64,000 nt of DNA from Candidatus Thiodiazotropha sp. (GTDB lineage: Bacteria; Pseudomonadota; Gammaproteobacteria; Chromatiales; Chromatiaceae): the NCBI GenBank assembly GCA_023838465.1, contig JAIVEQ010000022.1:1428-65427 (forward strand), given 5' to 3'. The translations under genes were made by a program, and so were the position numbers. The notes beneath the pieces were generated by a model. It saw only the letters and a program-made list of their open reading frames with translations, ran no database searches and was not told the DNA's origin. Shown piece by piece: positions 12,241-21,848 of the stretch (its first letter is position 1; each line of letters starts with the position of its first letter).

Positions 12241-13471
12241 TTCGAATCGCCTCAACAGGCTGTAGCAGACTTGCTCGCCATGCGGGGTAGATGCCAGCTA
12301 AAACTGAAGCTAGAAGAATCGTCCCGACAGTGATACCCAGGTTATCAAGTTTAAGATGAGGATAGATCAGCGGATCGACATAAAACCTTGATGTAGAACC
12401 CAGTAGTATCGTGAGATCGATACCTATGATGCTAGTTACTAGGATGATGCTATAACCTAGCAGAATGCCTAATGTAATACCGATGGCTCCAATGAGTACT
12501 GCCTCAACCAATAGCATGCTAGCCACTTGGTAGCGCGTTGTACCAATAGCCATTAATACCCCAAACTCCCTGGTCCTCTCCAACATGGATAACAGCATGG
12601 TATTCATTTCACCTGCAAGCACAATGAATAGCACCACACCAATGAACAGATAGAGAAAGCCATTATGTAGAGTAACCCATTCCTTCATCACCGGAAACAT
12701 GGTGTACCAAGGCATAATCTCCAATGATTCTCCTTGCAGAGATTGATTAAGATCATCGACCAGGGAGGGAATCTGTTTTTCCTCGGCACTGATAACGATA
12801 GTTGTGATTTGTTCAGGTAAATCCACCATCTCCTGGAGAGTCGATAGGCTGGTGATAGCCATGCCACTATCAAGCCCCATTTCGCCACTAGTGATGATGC
12901 CAACCAGAGTAAAAGACTCAGCCACCATCGCGCCATATCGGTCATAGCCGATAATGATGATCTCGTCACCTAGCTTGACCTGGAGATTGCTGGCTGTGGT
13001 TGCGCCTACTACCAGGCTGTAGTCGTCTTCTGGTTGTAAAAATCGACCTATGCCTATTCGTTTTTCGAGCTCTGTGACAAGGCCCTCCCGCTGTGGATCC
13101 ATACCGATCAACATGACCCCCTGGGTTGTGGTATCGGATGCAGCGAGGCCAAAGGTCTCAAGTCGACGGCTATAGTTTGTTATGCCGGCTTGCTCCAGGT
13201 TGGCGATTATCCCGTCAGGATCAGCGATCACTCTGGAGAGTTCGGGACGCTGAAAAAAACCCAGATGATGAATTTGAATAGAACCTATGATGGCTTTTTG
13301 AAAATTACTCAGCATGTTTCGATGCAGGCCTTCATTGAAGCCCCAAAGAAATATCAGAGAAGCAAGCCCAACCGCGATAGCCCCGACGGTTAACAGGGTG
13401 CGACGGAGATGGCTAAGCAGGTTGCGTAGCGCTGCAGCTAGGATGGTGGAGTTGACTACTGACTTCGACAG
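12233..13471 (-). CDS. ABC transporter permease, FtsX/LolE-like (N-terminus extends upstream of the ORF-track start; no ATG/GTG/TTG)
   Basis: ORF 12233..13315 has LSMLERTREFGVLMAIG and GIYPAWRA. The in-frame upstream sequence encodes ALRNLLSHLRRTLLTVGAIAVGLASLIFLWGF (TM1). The start is uncertain (CTG 13471 or ATA 13477). Confidence 0.8.
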   Translation of the reverse strand: MSKSVVNSTILAAALRNLLSHLRRTLLTVGAIAVGLASLIFLWGFNEGLHRNMLSNFQKAIIGSIQIHHLGFFQRPELSRVIADPDGIIANLEQAGITNYSRRLETFGLAASDTTTQGVMLIGMDPQREGLVTELEKRIGIGRFLQPEDDYSLVVGATTASNLQVKLGDEIIIIGYDRYGAMVAESFTLVGIITSGEMGLDSGMAITSLSTLQEMVDLPEQITTIVISAEEKQIPSLVDDLNQSLQGESLEIMPWYTMFPVMKEWVTLHNGFLYLFIGVVLFIVLAGEMNTMLLSMLERTREFGVLMAIGTTRYQVASMLLVEAVLIGAIGITLGILLGYSIILVTSIIGIDLTILLGSTSRFYVDPLIYPHLKLDNLGITVGTILLASVLAGIYPAWRASLLQPVEAIRNG

Positions 13472-13559
13472 GGTTATCTGCTCCCTAGGTGTAACGTATA
13501 AAGTGTACCTATCTGTGAGACGCTGTGATCCGTACTATAAAGAGCTTAGCGGTTGTTTA

Positions 13560-14306
13560 TCATTTGCGCTTATCAGGTGCGAATAGGTTATCAGTCAGTG
13601 GGACATTGAACTCGATCGATTTTAATGTAATGACTGTGCGTTTGCCTTCGTCTCCCAAGGGGGTCATTGTCCAACGGGTTGGAATAAGACGTCCTCCCAT
13701 CTCCTGGATCAGGTCAAAAGTCATTCGTCTGTTTGCCCTTTTTTCACATTGGTATTCCATTTCCAGAGGTATTCCATCAGCGCGGATACGCTGAATTAGC
13801 TGTTTCCAGGTTACCTTGACGGTGGGAGATGGAGTGGATTCGATGGTTATGACAGCCTGGTTTCCGCTACCATCACGCTGAATGATACGGTGGCTGTAGT
13901 CACTGATGAGTGAATCGGTCTCCAGTAGATCCTGGTTGTTGAAATCTGATCCCATCCAGGGATCCTGCATCATCGCCGGAGAGATATTGATCTGTCGCCG
14001 CAGTTTGGGTAGGTACATGGAGAGTATATTGTCGACCTTGAGATAGACAGTACCCTTCGTTTTACGCGGAGAGAGGATCTCCATACGAAACCGGTTTTTG
14101 TCCACATCATCATGACTACGGAATGCCATACTACGTTGCCAATCCGGACGTATGATATCGACTTGATATTCTGCAATGGTGCCGGTTGAGCGCATCAATG
14201 CTTCGGCTTTTTTAAGCAGGTCGATCGCTTCCAGTTCGCTTTCGCTGGCCATGGCCCCGGTAGCGTAGAAGATCAGAAGCCAGATTGCCTGAATAAACAG
14301 TTTCAT
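13560..14306 (-). CDS. Outer-membrane lipoprotein-sorting protein (LolA-like fold)
   Basis: Signal peptide from ATG 14306. SPRKTKGTVYLK, MYLP..RRQINIS and PWMGSDF..QDL motifs are typical of this family. Confidence 0.82.
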   Translation of the reverse strand: MKLFIQAIWLLIFYATGAMASESELEAIDLLKKAEALMRSTGTIAEYQVDIIRPDWQRSMAFRSHDDVDKNRFRMEILSPRKTKGTVYLKVDNILSMYLPKLRRQINISPAMMQDPWMGSDFNNQDLLETDSLISDYSHRIIQRDGSGNQAVITIESTPSPTVKVTWKQLIQRIRADGIPLEMEYQCEKRANRRMTFDLIQEMGGRLIPTRWTMTPLGDEGKRTVITLKSIEFNVPLTDNLFAPDKRK

Positions 14307-14763
14307 AGAAAAACTCACTCCCAGAGTCAGGAATTCAGGATAGATGGTTAGATTATAAGCATTAGTTAATATATTGCCAATCAAATGCCCTATCAGGGAT
14401 AGTGAAGAAGTGTGACGTATAGGCCAATGGGGGGTGATATTGAATTGAGATGGTGGTTCTTCCGGCGGTCTATTTAAAAAAACATCTGACTACCCACCAA
14501 GCACGGCTGATTAAGGTTGTGTGTATTCGATCTTCAGCGGTTTAGTTAAGTGGCATTGGCATCAGTTAGTGAGACTGATCGGTTTGATCCCCTATTTTCA
14601 GCTTAGAGATCCGATGGCTGAGTAGGGTGGGTAATCAGGAAAAATATAAATCCGTGGGTTTAAGATGAGGCATAACATAAGCCCATGATTCAATTAGATA
14701 ATCAATGTCTTGTGCTCTGCACTTGCCTGAGTCCACGGATTAAGGCTGAGTAGCGCGGTAGGT

Positions 14764-15357
14764 TTAGCGACTGCTATGGAGGCGATTCATGGCTTTTTGC
14801 AATTCACCCTTTACAACCTCATCGAGGCAGTCAATGGCACTATCAATGGCTGTGTTGATCGCTTCCCGATCAGCCTTAGAGGGTCGCCCGAGTACGTAGT
14901 TAACGACCTCACTACGATCGTTAGGATGGTCAATACCGATTCTCAAACGGGGAAAATCACGACTCCCCAGGGCGCTCATGATGTCTCTCAACCCATTATG
15001 CCCAGCGTGCCCTCCGCCGATTTTAAGGCGTATTTGTCCGGGATCCAGGTCGAGTTCATCGTGAGCAACCAGGATCTGATCAGGGCTGATGCGAAAATAG
15101 TTAGCCAGACTAGAGACTGACTGACCACTGCGGTTCATATAGGTTGCAGGTTTCAGGAGACGCACTTCCTCTCCCTGGATGTTCAGTTTGCACATTGATC
15201 CGTGATGGCGTGAATCACTTCGGAAATGTTGGTGATATTGCTGGGCCAGCTTGTCTACAAGCCAAAAGCCGGTATTGTGGCGGGTCTCTTCATAGTCGGG
15301 TCCTGGATTTCCCAGGCCAACGATGAGTCTGATGGGAGGGTTCACCCTATTACTCAT
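14764..15357 (-). CDS. pth: Peptidyl-tRNA hydrolase
   Basis: IVGLGNPG...TRHN.GF, KP.TYMN.SG, HDELD, GG.AGHNGL motifs. Confidence 0.98.
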   Translation of the reverse strand: MSNRVNPPIRLIVGLGNPGPDYEETRHNTGFWLVDKLAQQYHQHFRSDSRHHGSMCKLNIQGEEVRLLKPATYMNRSGQSVSSLANYFRISPDQILVAHDELDLDPGQIRLKIGGGHAGHNGLRDIMSALGSRDFPRLRIGIDHPNDRSEVVNYVLGRPSKADREAINTAIDSAIDCLDEVVKGELQKAMNRLHSSR

Positions 15358-15424
15358 CGGCTAACCAACAATATGTATTTCATAAAGTGGGTAAGGGGAG
15401 GTGGTTGCCTCCCCTTCATGTGGC

Positions 15425-16060
15425 TTACTCTGTGGGTTCTTCTCCACCTTCTTCTGCCTCTTCACCCTCTTCTTCTTCTTCTACCGTTGTGTGAGCGGCG
15501 TGGACGGTAACAACGATAGGATCCTCGTTACCTTCATGTGTGATCAGTTCAACCCCCTCTGGGAGCTGGAGATCCGAAGCATGTAGAATCGCACCCATCT
15601 CCATATTGGCCATATCAACTTCAATGAATTCAGGCAAATCCTTCGGCAAGCAACTGATCTCCATATCGGTCATAACATGGCTTGCCTGGCCACCTGACTT
15701 GATGCCCGGACAGGTTGCTTCATTGATGAAGTGAACCGGTACGTTCAGACGAATCTTCTCGTCAGCCTGTATGCGTTGAAAATCTACGTGCAGGATGATT
15801 GGTTTGGCTGGATGGCGTTGGAGATCCTTCAGTATCACCGTCTCTACTTTACCATCGACCTTCAAACTCAGAAGGTTGGCGTAGAAGCCCTCGTTTTCCA
15901 GAGAGTGGCTCAGTTCATGGTGTAGAACGCTGATCCTGGAAGGCTCTTTATGGGCACCGTAGACGATGCCAGGGACTTGGCCGGTCCGACGCAGGCGGCG
16001 GCTCGCACCTTTCCCCGAATCGCTCCGTGATTGAGCGTTAACTTCAAAATTGGCAGACAT
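15425..16060 (-). CDS. rplY: 50S ribosomal protein L25/general stress protein Ctc (long form)
   Basis: GKGASRRLRR.G.VPGIVYG, QRHP.K..ILHVDF, acidic tail. Start ATG 16060 behind SD GGAG. Confidence 0.97.
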   Translation of the reverse strand: MSANFEVNAQSRSDSGKGASRRLRRTGQVPGIVYGAHKEPSRISVLHHELSHSLENEGFYANLLSLKVDGKVETVILKDLQRHPAKPIILHVDFQRIQADEKIRLNVPVHFINEATCPGIKSGGQASHVMTDMEISCLPKDLPEFIEVDMANMEMGAILHASDLQLPEGVELITHEGNEDPIVVTVHAAHTTVEEEEEGEEAEEGGEEPTE

Positions 16061-16097
16061 GGCAATCTCCGTATCTGGTTGGTTCAGTTCATAGGGA

Positions 16098-16123
16098 GTG
16101 CCGCTCCGCGACCAAAGCGGCAC
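16098..16123 (-). promoter_or_regulatory. Hairpin in the rplY 5' leader, candidate L25 autoregulatory leader
   Basis: Minus strand GTGCCGCT-TTGGTCGCGG-AGCGGCAC: 8-bp perfect stem with a GGTCGC-containing loop directly upstream of rplY. Assignment to the L25 leader is from recall of gammaproteobacterial rplY leaders. Confidence 0.5.
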
Positions 16124-16151
16124 CGTATCGCTGTGTGACAGCGGACGCGCG

Positions 16152-16160
16152 ATTCTAACA
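16152..16160 (-). promoter_or_regulatory. Extended -10 sigma70 promoter for rplY
   Basis: TGTTAGAAT (TGn + TAGAAT) followed by the GC-rich discriminator CGCGCG. Confidence 0.55.
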
Positions 16161-16235
16161 GGACTGGCTTTTTTTTCCAGTCTTTATACGTCCTAACAAT
16201 TCAGTAGGTCCTGATATTCCATCATTGAGGACGTA

Positions 16236-17189
16236 CTAATCGATGAACAGAGAGCTGACTGACTCTTCATTTGAGATACGACGCATAGTCTCAGCCAACA
16301 ACTCAGCGATGCTGACCTGCCGTATGGCGGTACACTGTTTGGCCTCTTCAGACAGAGGAATGGTATTGGTAACCACAAGTTCATCGAGCAAAGAGTTGCT
16401 AAGATTGGTTACTGCTGGTCCGGAGAGGACAGGGTGTGTGCAATAGGCTACAACTTTGGCCGCACCGTGTTCTTTGAGTGCTGCGGCTGCCTGACATAGG
16501 GTGCCAGCGGTATCGACCAGGTCATCAATCAGAATACAACTGCGGCCCTCTACCTTACCGATGATATTCATCACCTTGGCTTCATTGGGGCGGGGACGGC
16601 GTTTGTCGATGATGGCCAGCTCAGAGTCATCCAGTCGTTTCGCTAGAGCCCGAGCCCTTACAACGCCACCCACATCGGGTGAGACGACTACGATATCCGG
16701 ATGTTTCTGGCGCCAAACATCACCCAACAGTATGGGTGAGGCGTAGACATTGTCGACAGGAATGTCGAAAAAGCCCTGAATCTGGTCTGCATGGAGATCG
16801 ACAGTCAGTACCCGATCTGCGCCAGCAGTACCAATCATTTTAGCGGCCAAACGGGCGGTGATGGGTACGCGAGCTGAACGAGGACGCCGATCCTGGCGAG
16901 CGTACCCGAAATAGGGGATGACGGCTGTTATTCGTTTAGCAGATGACCATCGCATGGCGTCGATCATCACCAGCAACTCCATCAGGTTTTCATTGGTTGG
17001 GGCCGAGGTTGGCTGGACGATGAAGACATCACGTCCTCGTACATTCTCATGGATCTCCGCCATGACCTCACCGTCGCTAAAGCGGCCAACCTGCATCTTG
17101 CCGAGTGGGAGGTTGAGGTGAGTAGCGATTTCACTGGTCAGTTCCGGATTCGCATTACCAGAGATAACCATCATGGCATTAGAAGGCAC
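16236..17189 (-). CDS. prs: Ribose-phosphate pyrophosphokinase
   Basis: [43 protein letters not shown] motifs. Confidence 0.98.
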   Translation of the reverse strand: MPSNAMMVISGNANPELTSEIATHLNLPLGKMQVGRFSDGEVMAEIHENVRGRDVFIVQPTSAPTNENLMELLVMIDAMRWSSAKRITAVIPYFGYARQDRRPRSARVPITARLAAKMIGTAGADRVLTVDLHADQIQGFFDIPVDNVYASPILLGDVWRQKHPDIVVVSPDVGGVVRARALAKRLDDSELAIIDKRRPRPNEAKVMNIIGKVEGRSCILIDDLVDTAGTLCQAAAALKEHGAAKVVAYCTHPVLSGPAVTNLSNSLLDELVVTNTIPLSEEAKQCTAIRQVSIAELLAETMRRISNEESVSSLFID

Positions 17190-17228
17190 GGTTTTGATCC
17201 CCTATCTCAAACAGTGATTTGTATGAAA

Positions 17229-17303
17229 TGGCTGGGGCGGCAGGATTCGAACCTGCGCATGCAGGGATCAAAACCCTGTGCCTTACCGCTTGGCGACGCC
17301 CCA
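17229..17303 (-). tRNA. tRNA-Gln (TTG)
   Basis: TGGGGCG...CAGGG TT TTG AT CCCTG...GGTTCGAATCC...CGCCCCAGCCA cloverleaf with encoded CCA. Confidence 0.97.
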
Positions 17304-17305
17304 AA

Positions 17306-18175
17306 TTAAATCTCATCGGGTTGGAGAAACTCCAGTAGCGGGGAACGGTTGACCCCCCGCGCAACAAAACCATTAAGACCGGCAGGTAGATCGTGAAGGT
17401 GTTCACGGGCCTGCTGCTGGTTAGCAAAGGCGGCGAATACACAGCCACCGGTGCCGGTTAGTCGGGCATCAGCATACTGGTTCAGCCAATCCATTGCTTC
17501 TGCCACCTCTGGGTGGCGTCTGCGAACAACAGGCAAACAGTCATTCTGGTAGTTGCCCTGCAGAAAGGCGCGTATTTTGATCCGGGGGGAGTGGCGTGTC
17601 AAATCGGCTTGATTGAATATTTCCGCAGTTGAGACATGACATGCGGGTTGTAAGACCAGATACCAGCTTTGTGGGAGTTCTATGTTGGTCAAATGTTCAC
17701 CGATACCTTCGGCCCATGCAGCGTGTCCATGGATGAAAATCGGTACATCCGCTCCCAATGTTAAAGCTATTCTTTTTAGCGCTGCCTGGTTGAGTGAAAG
17801 CTCCCATAGCCGGTTGAGAGCAATCAGGGTGGTGGCTGCATCAGAGCTTCCCCCGCCAAGGCCGCCCCCCATCGGGAGGTGCTTTTCAAGTTTTATTTCG
17901 ACTCCTTGGGAAGATCCGCTAGTCATCTGCAGTTGACGGGCTGCCCGATAGCAGAGATTGTCCTTTTTTGGCAGTCCGGGAATGTCATCCTGTAGGATGA
18001 TCTTGTTATCTACACGTCGCTTGAATCTGAGTCGATCATGGATGTCGAGAAACTGGAAGACTGTTTGTAGTTCGTGGTACCCATCACTGCGTCTACCAAG
18101 GATTCGCAGCATCAGGTTTAGTTTTGCAGGTGCCGGGTAGGCAATGCTCTCGATAGGCGGTGTGCTGACCGACAT
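17306..18175 (-). CDS. ispE: 4-(cytidine 5'-diphospho)-2-C-methyl-D-erythritol kinase
   Basis: APAKLNL.L.I.GRR.DGYHELQT, PMGGGLGGGSSDAA, LGADVP.F, LTGTGGCVF. Confidence 0.97.
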   Translation of the reverse strand: MSVSTPPIESIAYPAPAKLNLMLRILGRRSDGYHELQTVFQFLDIHDRLRFKRRVDNKIILQDDIPGLPKKDNLCYRAARQLQMTSGSSQGVEIKLEKHLPMGGGLGGGSSDAATTLIALNRLWELSLNQAALKRIALTLGADVPIFIHGHAAWAEGIGEHLTNIELPQSWYLVLQPACHVSTAEIFNQADLTRHSPRIKIRAFLQGNYQNDCLPVVRRRHPEVAEAMDWLNQYADARLTGTGGCVFAAFANQQQAREHLHDLPAGLNGFVARGVNRSPLLEFLQPDEI

Positions 18176-18183
18176 AGAGAAAT

Positions 18184-19917
18184 TCAGATATCAGCGCCTA
18201 AGCGGCTCATCACCTGATTAATGAATCGGTTATTGGGCTCGCGCTGATTGGCGGCCTTCCATACCTTCAAGGCGCGTTGTTGTTGACCCATTTGCCAGAG
18301 TACTTCACCCAGATGGGATGCAATCTCAGCGTCAGGGCTGAGTTCTGCCGCTTTGTTGAGGAATTCCAGGGCGGATTCAAGATTACCCATACGGTATTCA
18401 ACCCAGCCCATGCTATCCAGGATCGCTGGGCTGTCTGGTTTTAATGAAAGGGCTTGTTGAATATACTGCTTAGCTTCCTCCAGGCGGTCAGTCTGATCAG
18501 CTAATGTATAACCCAGTGCATTGAGCGCATCGGCATGTTTAGGCTGAGCGGTAAGAATCTTTCGAAGGTCGTTTTCCAACAGATCGACACGTTTTAGATC
18601 GGCAGCATTGAGTCCTCGAGCATAAAGGAGGTCGGTGTTGTCCTGAAAAAGATCCAGGGCCTTGCTGTATACTTTGTGTGCAGCTTCGAACTGCAATGCC
18701 TCACGTAAAAGTTCGGCTTCTATGATATAGAATTTAACCTGATTCTGGGACTGGTTGATACGTAACCGCTGTAGTGTCTCACGGGCTTGATTCAGGTTGC
18801 CTTGATCTGCCAGTATTTTGGCAATGCGTACCTGGGCATCAGCCAGATTCTTCCCCTCCACTTGGCTGTACCAAGCGAGCGCCTTTTCAGGTTCATCCTC
18901 TTCTTCGGCGATCATACCGAGATAGTAGTTGGCTTCATTACGCTTCTGACGCTTGTCGACCAGTTTTTCCAGATGGCTTTTCGCTTGCTCTAATTGCTCG
19001 AGTTGCAAGTGAATAATGCCTAGGGAGAAAACGATATCGTCATCATCAGGAGCTAATGTATGGAGCTTCTCGAATGTGTCGAGAGCGGCCTCTGGCTGAT
19101 TCAGCTCAAGCAGTGTTCTGGCGTAGGCTTTACCTAGCTGTACATTGTCAGGAGAATCATCTACGGCCTGCTTCATGAAAGCCAGGCCTTCACTCTGTTT
19201 GCCCATTGCAATCAATGTGTGTGTCTTGAGTACAAGGCTTTGAGTCGATTTGGGGTTGAGTGACAGAGATTGATTGATATAGTCCAGAGCAAGATCGCGT
19301 TGCTTAGCGTGATTAGCGGTCAATGCCAAGGCATAAAGTGCTTTCGGATCACTGCTCTCTTCCTCTACCAGCTGCTGCATGATGATCAATGCCTGGTCAG
19401 GTGCCCCCGACTTTTCTGCAATTGCCGCCGCCTGGAGGTGGCCCGATTGCCCTTTACTATTGGCAATTTTCACGACCTGTTGCAGGTGCTGAATGGCATC
19501 GCTTAGATTTTTCTTGCGAATGTACAGGATGGCTGCAATTTGATGGGCTTTGAGGGAGCTGGGGGAGATATCGACCCACAGCTTTGCGGCAGTCAGGGCT
19601 GAGTCAGGCCTATTTGCCTGTAAACCAAGGCCGGTAGCACGCTCAGCTGCGCTTTCATCTCTTGATTCACGAGCCGCCTGTAGGGCATGTTCAAATGCTA
19701 GGCTGTTCTGTCCCCGTTGAGCCGCAATTTCGCTGGTCAGTGTATTGTATATGAGGTCTCTACTGAGGCTGTTTGGCTGATTTTCCGATGTTGATTGTTG
19801 CACACCCTCCCCTGGTTCAGGCAGGGCATTGGTCGTGCCGGTTGGGCCGGTCGCACAAGCAGAAAGCAAGATGCTCGATAGGACAAGGAAATACTTTATT
19901 GGTTGGTTGATTCGCAT
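18184..19917 (-). CDS. Tetratricopeptide-repeat lipoprotein
   Basis: Lipobox LLSAC, multiple TPR helices, C-terminal LNALGYTLAD...ILDSMGWVEY..G motif typical of the TPR protein found upstream of lolB-ispE. Confidence 0.88.
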   Translation of the reverse strand: MRINQPIKYFLVLSSILLSACATGPTGTTNALPEPGEGVQQSTSENQPNSLSRDLIYNTLTSEIAAQRGQNSLAFEHALQAARESRDESAAERATGLGLQANRPDSALTAAKLWVDISPSSLKAHQIAAILYIRKKNLSDAIQHLQQVVKIANSKGQSGHLQAAAIAEKSGAPDQALIIMQQLVEEESSDPKALYALALTANHAKQRDLALDYINQSLSLNPKSTQSLVLKTHTLIAMGKQSEGLAFMKQAVDDSPDNVQLGKAYARTLLELNQPEAALDTFEKLHTLAPDDDDIVFSLGIIHLQLEQLEQAKSHLEKLVDKRQKRNEANYYLGMIAEEEDEPEKALAWYSQVEGKNLADAQVRIAKILADQGNLNQARETLQRLRINQSQNQVKFYIIEAELLREALQFEAAHKVYSKALDLFQDNTDLLYARGLNAADLKRVDLLENDLRKILTAQPKHADALNALGYTLADQTDRLEEAKQYIQQALSLKPDSPAILDSMGWVEYRMGNLESALEFLNKAAELSPDAEIASHLGEVLWQMGQQQRALKVWKAANQREPNNRFINQVMSRLGADI

Positions 19918-20070
19918 AGGTGTGTAGTAAATAGGTAATTGCGACTCTCTGCAAGTGTTGTGAGTCGGTTCCTACTCATGAATAGTCCTGGGTTCACAAT
20001 CCTATCCTACTGATAAGTCGGCTAGATAACCGGCTAATGCAATAGACAAGTAATTGTTTGAAATGTTGTA

Positions 20071-20099
20071 TTGACTTTGGCTGATGTAGGCGTCAGAAT
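20071..20099 (+). promoter_or_regulatory. Sigma70 promoter of the tRNA-tuf cluster
   Basis: TTGACT-17 bp-CAGAAT followed by the GC-rich discriminator GCCCGGC, 15 nt before tRNA-Tyr. Confidence 0.75.
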
Positions 20100-20114
20100 G
20101 CCCGGCTCTCGCTA

Positions 20115-20199
20115 GGAGGGGTTCCCGAGTGGCCAAAGGGATCAGACTGTAAATCTGACGGCTCAGCCTTCGGAGGTTCGAATCCTCCCCCCTCCACCA
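20115..20199 (+). tRNA. tRNA-Tyr (GTA)
   Basis: GGAGGGG acceptor, TCAGA CT GTA AA TCTGA anticodon arm, long variable arm, TTCGAAT, ACCA end. Confidence 0.97.
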
Positions 20200-20248
20200 G
20201 ATGTTGGTTTTGTAGCGGTAAATGGTGAGCGACGCGTCGCTTGGCTGC

Positions 20249-20322
20249 GCGGGTGTAGTTCAATGGTAGAACTTCAGCCTTCCAAGCTGAATACGTGGGT
20301 TCGATTCCCATCACCCGCTCCA
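20249..20322 (+). tRNA. tRNA-Gly (TCC)
   Basis: GCGGGTG acceptor, TCAGC CT TCC AA GCTGA, TTCGATT, TCCA end. Confidence 0.97.
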
Positions 20323-20460
20323 TATCCTCGGGGCGACCGTGATGGCTGGTTCGGGTGGGCGGTAGTACTGATGGTTAATGGTGCCACCGTTTGTTGTGAT
20401 CCTGTAGAGGGTCGCGGACGGGCACAGGCGTCATTTGGGCGCTGTTTGGAAGTGAAATTT

Positions 20461-20536
20461 GCCCAGATAGCTCAGTTGGTAGAGCACACCCTTGGTAAGG
20501 GTGAGGTCGGCAGTTCAAATCTGCTTCTGGGCTCCA
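20461..20536 (+). tRNA. tRNA-Thr (GGT)
   Basis: GCCCAGA/TCTGGGC acceptor, CACCC TT GGT AA GGGTG, TTCAAAT, TCCA end. Confidence 0.97.
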
Positions 20537-20601
20537 ATATTGAAAGGCGTGCGGAAGCATGCGAATTTATCTTTATACACTAGAGAACCTGGAGAACACT
20601 C

Positions 20602-21792
20602 ATGTCCAAGGAAAAATTCGAACGCACAAAGCCGCATGTCAATGTGGGCACGATCGGTCATGTAGACCATGGTAAGACCACGCTGACGGCGGCCATTACG
20701 ACGGTACAAGCAGCCAAGTTTGGCGGCGAGCAGCGTGCATTTGACCAGATAGATAACGCCCCGGAAGAGCGTGAGCGTGGTATCACCATTGCGACCTCGC
20801 ACGTGGAATACGAATCAGAGACGCGTCACTATGCGCACGTTGACTGCCCAGGCCATGCAGATTATGTGAAGAACATGATCACCGGTGCGGCGCAGATGGA
20901 CGGAGCGATCTTGGTGGTGTCAGCAGCAGACGGCCCAATGCCACAGACCCGGGAGCACATACTGCTATCGCGTCAGGTAGGCGTACCGTACATTGTGGTC
21001 TACCTGAACAAGGCAGACATGGTGGACGATGAAGAGCTGCTGGAATTGGTTGAGATGGAAGTGCGAGAGCTGCTGGACAGCTACGAATTTCCAGGAGACG
21101 ACACCCCGATCATCGTGGGTTCGGCACTGAAGGCCCTGGAAGGGGATACCTCAGAGATTGGTAGCCAGTCGATCGACAAGCTGGTCGAAGCACTGGACAA
21201 TTACATCCCAGAGCCGGAGCGAGCAGTGGATGGTGCCTTTCTGATGCCGATCGAGGACGTATTCTCGATATCGGGACGAGGCACGGTAGTGACAGGGCGT
21301 GTTGAGCGCGGTGTAGTGAAGGTGGGAGAAGAGGTCGAGATAGTCGGCATTAAAGAGACCACCAAGACGACCTGTACCGGCGTGGAGATGTTCCGCAAGC
21401 TGCTGGATCAGGGCGAGGCTGGGGACAATGTGGGGGTGCTGTTGCGAGGCACCAAGCGAGACGAGGTAGAGCGCGGACAAGTATTGGCGCACCCTGGCTC
21501 GATCACGCCGCACACCCATTTTGAGTGTGAAGTGTATGTATTGAGTAAGGACGAGGGTGGACGACACACCCCGTTTTTCAGTAACTACCGGCCACAGTTT
21601 TACTTCCGTACGACAGACGTAACAGGCGCCTGTGATCTGCCAGAAGGGGTAGAGATGGTCATGCCTGGAGACAACGTGAAGATGGTGGTGAATCTGATCG
21701 CGCCGATCGCGATGGAAGACGGCTTGCGCTTTGCGATACGCGAAGGCGGCCGGACCGTGGGTGCCGGTGTGGTATCCAAGATTATCGAGTAA
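20602..21792 (+). CDS. tuf: Elongation factor Tu (tRNA-linked copy)
   Basis: [22 protein letters not shown] motifs; 396 aa. Confidence 0.99.
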   Translation: MSKEKFERTKPHVNVGTIGHVDHGKTTLTAAITTVQAAKFGGEQRAFDQIDNAPEERERGITIATSHVEYESETRHYAHVDCPGHADYVKNMITGAAQMDGAILVVSAADGPMPQTREHILLSRQVGVPYIVVYLNKADMVDDEELLELVEMEVRELLDSYEFPGDDTPIIVGSALKALEGDTSEIGSQSIDKLVEALDNYIPEPERAVDGAFLMPIEDVFSISGRGTVVTGRVERGVVKVGEEVEIVGIKETTKTTCTGVEMFRKLLDQGEAGDNVGVLLRGTKRDEVERGQVLAHPGSITPHTHFECEVYVLSKDEGGRHTPFFSNYRPQFYFRTTDVTGACDLPEGVEMVMPGDNVKMVVNLIAPIAMEDGLRFAIREGGRTVGAGVVSKIIE

Positions 21793-21848
21793 ATCGGTAG
21801 AGATGTTTGCGGGGCGGGTCTATGACTTACCCTGCATTTACTATTTTT

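Noticed and set aside
15425-15484. Low-complexity CTT-rich tract
   Set aside because: It encodes the normal acidic tail of long-form L25.
20323-20460. 138-nt tRNA-Gly/tRNA-Thr spacer as a hidden RNA or integration scar
   Set aside because: Only short, imperfect complementarity (GCGACC/GGTCGC). There is no tRNA 3'-end duplication and no integrase nearby.
17179-20583. ORFs 17049..17309, 17179..17448, 20093..20323, 20263..20583 and 20375..20560
   Set aside because: They are translations of tRNA genes.
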